Below, piece after piece: positions 61,401 through 64,000 of a DNA stretch of 64,000 nt; the first letter of the stretch is position 1; each line of letters starts with the position of its first letter. The stretch comes from Mustelus asterias (Eukaryota). Under the pieces are notes generated by a model, which was given only the letters and a program-made list of their open reading frames with translations, did not search any database and was not told where the DNA came from. The stretch is taken from assembly GCF_964213995.1 (NCBI RefSeq), contig NC_135804.1, forward strand, positions 97,960,001-98,024,000, in the 5' to 3' direction. The position numbers and the translations under genes were made by a program.

Positions 61401-62667
61401 TGGCCTGCTCCAGGATGATCGACGCCACCGTTGGTTCATGAGCGCCACTGCAGGCAGCTGAAATCGATGAGGAGGACCCCTGCTGGTCGTTCGTGGTCAG
61501 TGTCGACCAACATGGCCGCTTCCATGAGTCGCACGTGGGTGAGGGCGCCAAACTCAGCGACCCCTGGTGGTCACACACCTCCGACTCCGTCGACCGTAAT
61601 GGCGTCGTCTTGGCCTCGCACGTGGACGAACTCCTCGATGACTTCGACGACGAAGACCCGAGCTCTGAAGAATCGCAGGCCGCACTGCCGTTCCTGGGAT
61701 TAGATCGGCACACTTTCGAATAGTGCCCTTTTTTACCGCATGCAGTGCACAACACAGCTTTAGCGGGACACCGTTGCCGAGTATCATAGAAATCATAGAA
61801 ACCCTACAGTGCAGAAGGAGGCCATTCGGCCCATCGAGTCTGCACCGACCACAATCCCACCCAGGCCCTACCCCGACATATTTACCCGCTAATCCCTCTA
61901 ACGTACACATCCTAGGACTCTAATGGGCAATTTTTAACCTGGCCAATCAACCTAACCCGCACATCTTTGGACTGTGGGTGCTTCGCTCCCCCACAGAAAT
62001 AGCACCGCGGGCCGCCCGGGGCTGCTGCCGTCGTCTGGCCCGAGTGTGAGCACGCCATTACGCAGTATTTCGAACCCGAGGGACGAGGAGGGATTGGCGA
62101 CTGCTCCTGCCACGTTGTCTCCACATGGTCCTCCGGATATAATACTAAGCTTTAGGAGGCCGTCTCGAGCATCTCCGCCAGCTCGATGGCCTGGGTAAGA
62201 TCAAGGTTACCCTTCTCCAACAGTTTAAGTCGAATGTACGACGATCCGACCCCCGCCACAAACGCATCTCGGGCGAGGTCGTTCATGCTCTGCTCAGCCG
62301 ACACAGCTTTGCAGTTACAGCCCCTGGCTAGCTGTAGGAGCTCGTTCGCATATTCCTCCATCGTTTCGCCAGACTGCCGTCATCGAGTGGCTAGGAGGTA
62401 ACGAGCGTGTATCTCATTAGGTGGTTTGATATAACGCTTCTTCAGAAGCTCGAGGGCCTTAGTATAATTGGTGGCCGCACGGATCACGAGGTAGACAGTG
62501 TCGCTTACCCTCGCATGGAGGACCCAGAGTCTGTCATCATCTGTGGTGACCGCTGCGGAGGCTGCCAGGTAGTCTTCGAAACACTTCAGCCAGTGGTCGA
62601 AGGTGTTAGAAGCGCCCACCGCACGTGGATCTAGTGTAAGGCGTTCCAGCTTCAGGATTTGCTCCAT
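58483..62667 (-). pseudogene. Gypsy gag-pol polyprotein, disrupted by stops, frameshifts and a SINE
   Basis: Starts MEQILKLERLTLDP; knuckles CYFCGGAKH and CTACGKKGHYSKVC; protease LFDSGS; RT YLDNV; RNase H ESDAS; integrase H..LCHPG...CRVC, VDFKGP, HSDRG, NGQVER; ends RRSQQRCGPPDRLNL*. Stops at about 62380, 62152 and 60691; frameshifts near 60565 and 58915. Confidence 0.95.
61784..61978 (-). mobile_element. 5'-truncated HE1 SINE inserted in the gag zinc-knuckle region
   Basis: Nearly identical to the 3' half of 63521-63874; tail (ATTTCTATG)n; splits AKH|TRQRCPA. Confidence 0.9.
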
Positions 62668-62715
62668 ACTCTCTTTTTTTTTCTTCGACGAGAGTTTAAC
62701 GACAGTAAATAAAAT

Positions 62716-63031
62716 TGATGTGCTACTCAAACACGAAGCCTGAAGCTCGGTAAATGAAAGGCTTTTATTTACTGTAATGAAGCAGCCAGTAATTATATAC
62801 ACTATCCCAGACTGAAGGGGTCCCGGCCAGAGCAGGGACTCTTATACCTCTCCCAGGAGGCGGAGCCCGACTGGGATGTGCCACAACACTACAGTACAAA
62901 GGTGTAACAACCCCACCCTAACCCCAACAGCAACAATAGCACAACCCAACAGTAACATATGTACATCCTTGTAGTACTGGCCAGACCCTGGCTCAGTACT
63001 ATCCAGTGGGAACCAACGATGGTTCACCACA
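62716..63031 (-). repeat. 5' LTR
   Basis: TGTGGTGAACC...TAGCACATCA; contains TATAAGAG, TTCAGT, TATATAA and AATAAA on the element's sense strand. Confidence 0.97.
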
Positions 63032-63520
63032 GTATGCTTGCTTTTATAGGATGGGGTATAGAATATAAAAGCTGGAGTCTGATGTTGCAGCTGTATACTA
63101 CGCTGGTTAGGCCACATTTGGAGTACTGCGTCCAGTTCTGGTCGCCGCACTACCAGAAGGACGTGGAGGCTTTAGAGAGAGTGCAGAGAAGGTTTATAAG
63201 AATGTTGCCTGGTATGGAGGGCCTTAGCTATGAGGAGAGATTGGGTAAACTGGGCTTGTTCTCCCTGGAAAGATGGAGAATGAGGGGAGACCTAATAGAG
63301 ATGTACAAAATTATGAAGGGTATAGATAGGGTGAACAGTGGGAAGCTTTTTCCCAGGTCGGAGGTGACGACCACGAGGGGTCACAGGCTCAAGGTGAGAG
63401 GGGTGAGGTATAACTCAGATATCAGAGGGACGTTTTTTACACAGAGAGTGGTGGGGTCCTGGAATGCGCTGTCAAGTAGGGTGGTGGAGGCAGACACGCT
63501 GGCATCGTTTAAGACTTACC

Positions 63521-63874
63521 TTAGAAATCTTAGAAATCTTAGAAACCCTACAGCACAGAGAAAGGCCATTCGGCCCATCGAGTCTGCACCGACCACAATC
63601 CCACCCAGACCCTACCCCCATATCCCTACATATTTACCCACTAATCCCTCTAACCTACGCATCCCAGGACACTAAGGGCAATTTTAGCATGGCCAATCAA
63701 CCTAATCCGCACATCTTTGGACTGTGGGAGGAAACCGGAGCACCCGGAGGAAACCCACGCAGACACGAGGAGAATGTGCAAACTCCACACAGACAGTGAC
63801 CCAAGCCGGGAATCGAACCCAGGTCCCTGGAGCTGTGAAGCAGCAGTGCTAACCACTGTGCTACCGTGCCGCCC
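63521..63874 (-). mobile_element. Full-length young HE1 SINE (CR1-type tail)
   Basis: Head GGGCGGCACGGTAGCACAGTGGTTAGC, B box GGTTCGATTCC, tail (ATTTCTAAG)n; splits CR1 KTYL|DSHM. Confidence 0.93.
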
Positions 63875-64000
63875 CTGGATAGTCACATGAGCAGTCTGGG
63901 AATGTAGGGATACAAACGAATGGTCTAGTGGGACCAATGAGCGGCACAGGCTTGGAGGGCTGAAGGGCCTGTTTCCTGTGCTGTCCTGTTCTTTGTTCTT

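Larger units (their letters stand above)
58105..63031 (-). mobile_element. Near-complete Ty3/Gypsy LTR retrotransposon (Mag-group-like, no chromodomain), TSD GTATG
   Basis: Two 316-bp LTRs with TG...CA ends; GTATG at 58100-58104 and 63032-63036; domain order gag-PR-RT-RH-IN. Confidence 0.97.
55615..64000 (+). mobile_element. Long CR1 LINE (ORF1 end, full ORF2, 3'UTR), interrupted by Gypsy (58105-63031) and a SINE (63521-63874)
   Basis: APE and RT ORFs at 55751-58107; KKAYGM|LAFIG is continuous across the Gypsy TSD; 3'UTR and (TGTTCTT)n tail reach the window end. Confidence 0.95.

Noticed and set aside
62959-63675. 238-aa ORF as a novel chimeric gene
   Set aside because: An antisense-LTR ATG is in frame by chance with the CR1 ORF2 C-terminus and reads into an antisense SINE. 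There is no sign of selection or expression.

Overview
This is a repeat-dominated vertebrate window with no intact host protein-coding gene that I can recognise. The HE1-type tRNA-derived SINEs and HER1/CR1 LINEs point to an elasmobranch (shark); this is inference from repeat content. Contents: many CR1 LINE copies of different ages; L2, Rex1/Babar and Penelope-like fragments; SINEs with two different 3' tails; a degenerate two-gene Harbinger transposon plus Harbinger-like non-autonomous elements and MITEs; an old Gypsy remnant with a tRNA-Leu PBS; a solo LTR; and a near-complete Gypsy element (316-bp LTRs with 3 mismatches, 5-bp TSD) nested in a long CR1. The only host-gene sequence I recognise is a ~335-bp intronless, degenerate fragment of PDS5B. 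Top leads: (1) the CR1 ORF1/ORF2 junction carries an in-phase U_UUA_AAC slippery heptamer, suggesting -1 ribosomal frameshifting; (2) the Gypsy element has no tRNA PBS and instead has a perfect 13-nt complement of its own LTR at the PBS position, suggesting self-priming; (3) the PDS5B retro-fragment; (4) a SINE tail swap between CR1 and Rex1 partners; (5) hammerhead ribozyme cores in Penelope pieces; (6) a TIR element carrying unrelated cargo. All calls were made by eye. Boundaries without a stated TSD are approximate.
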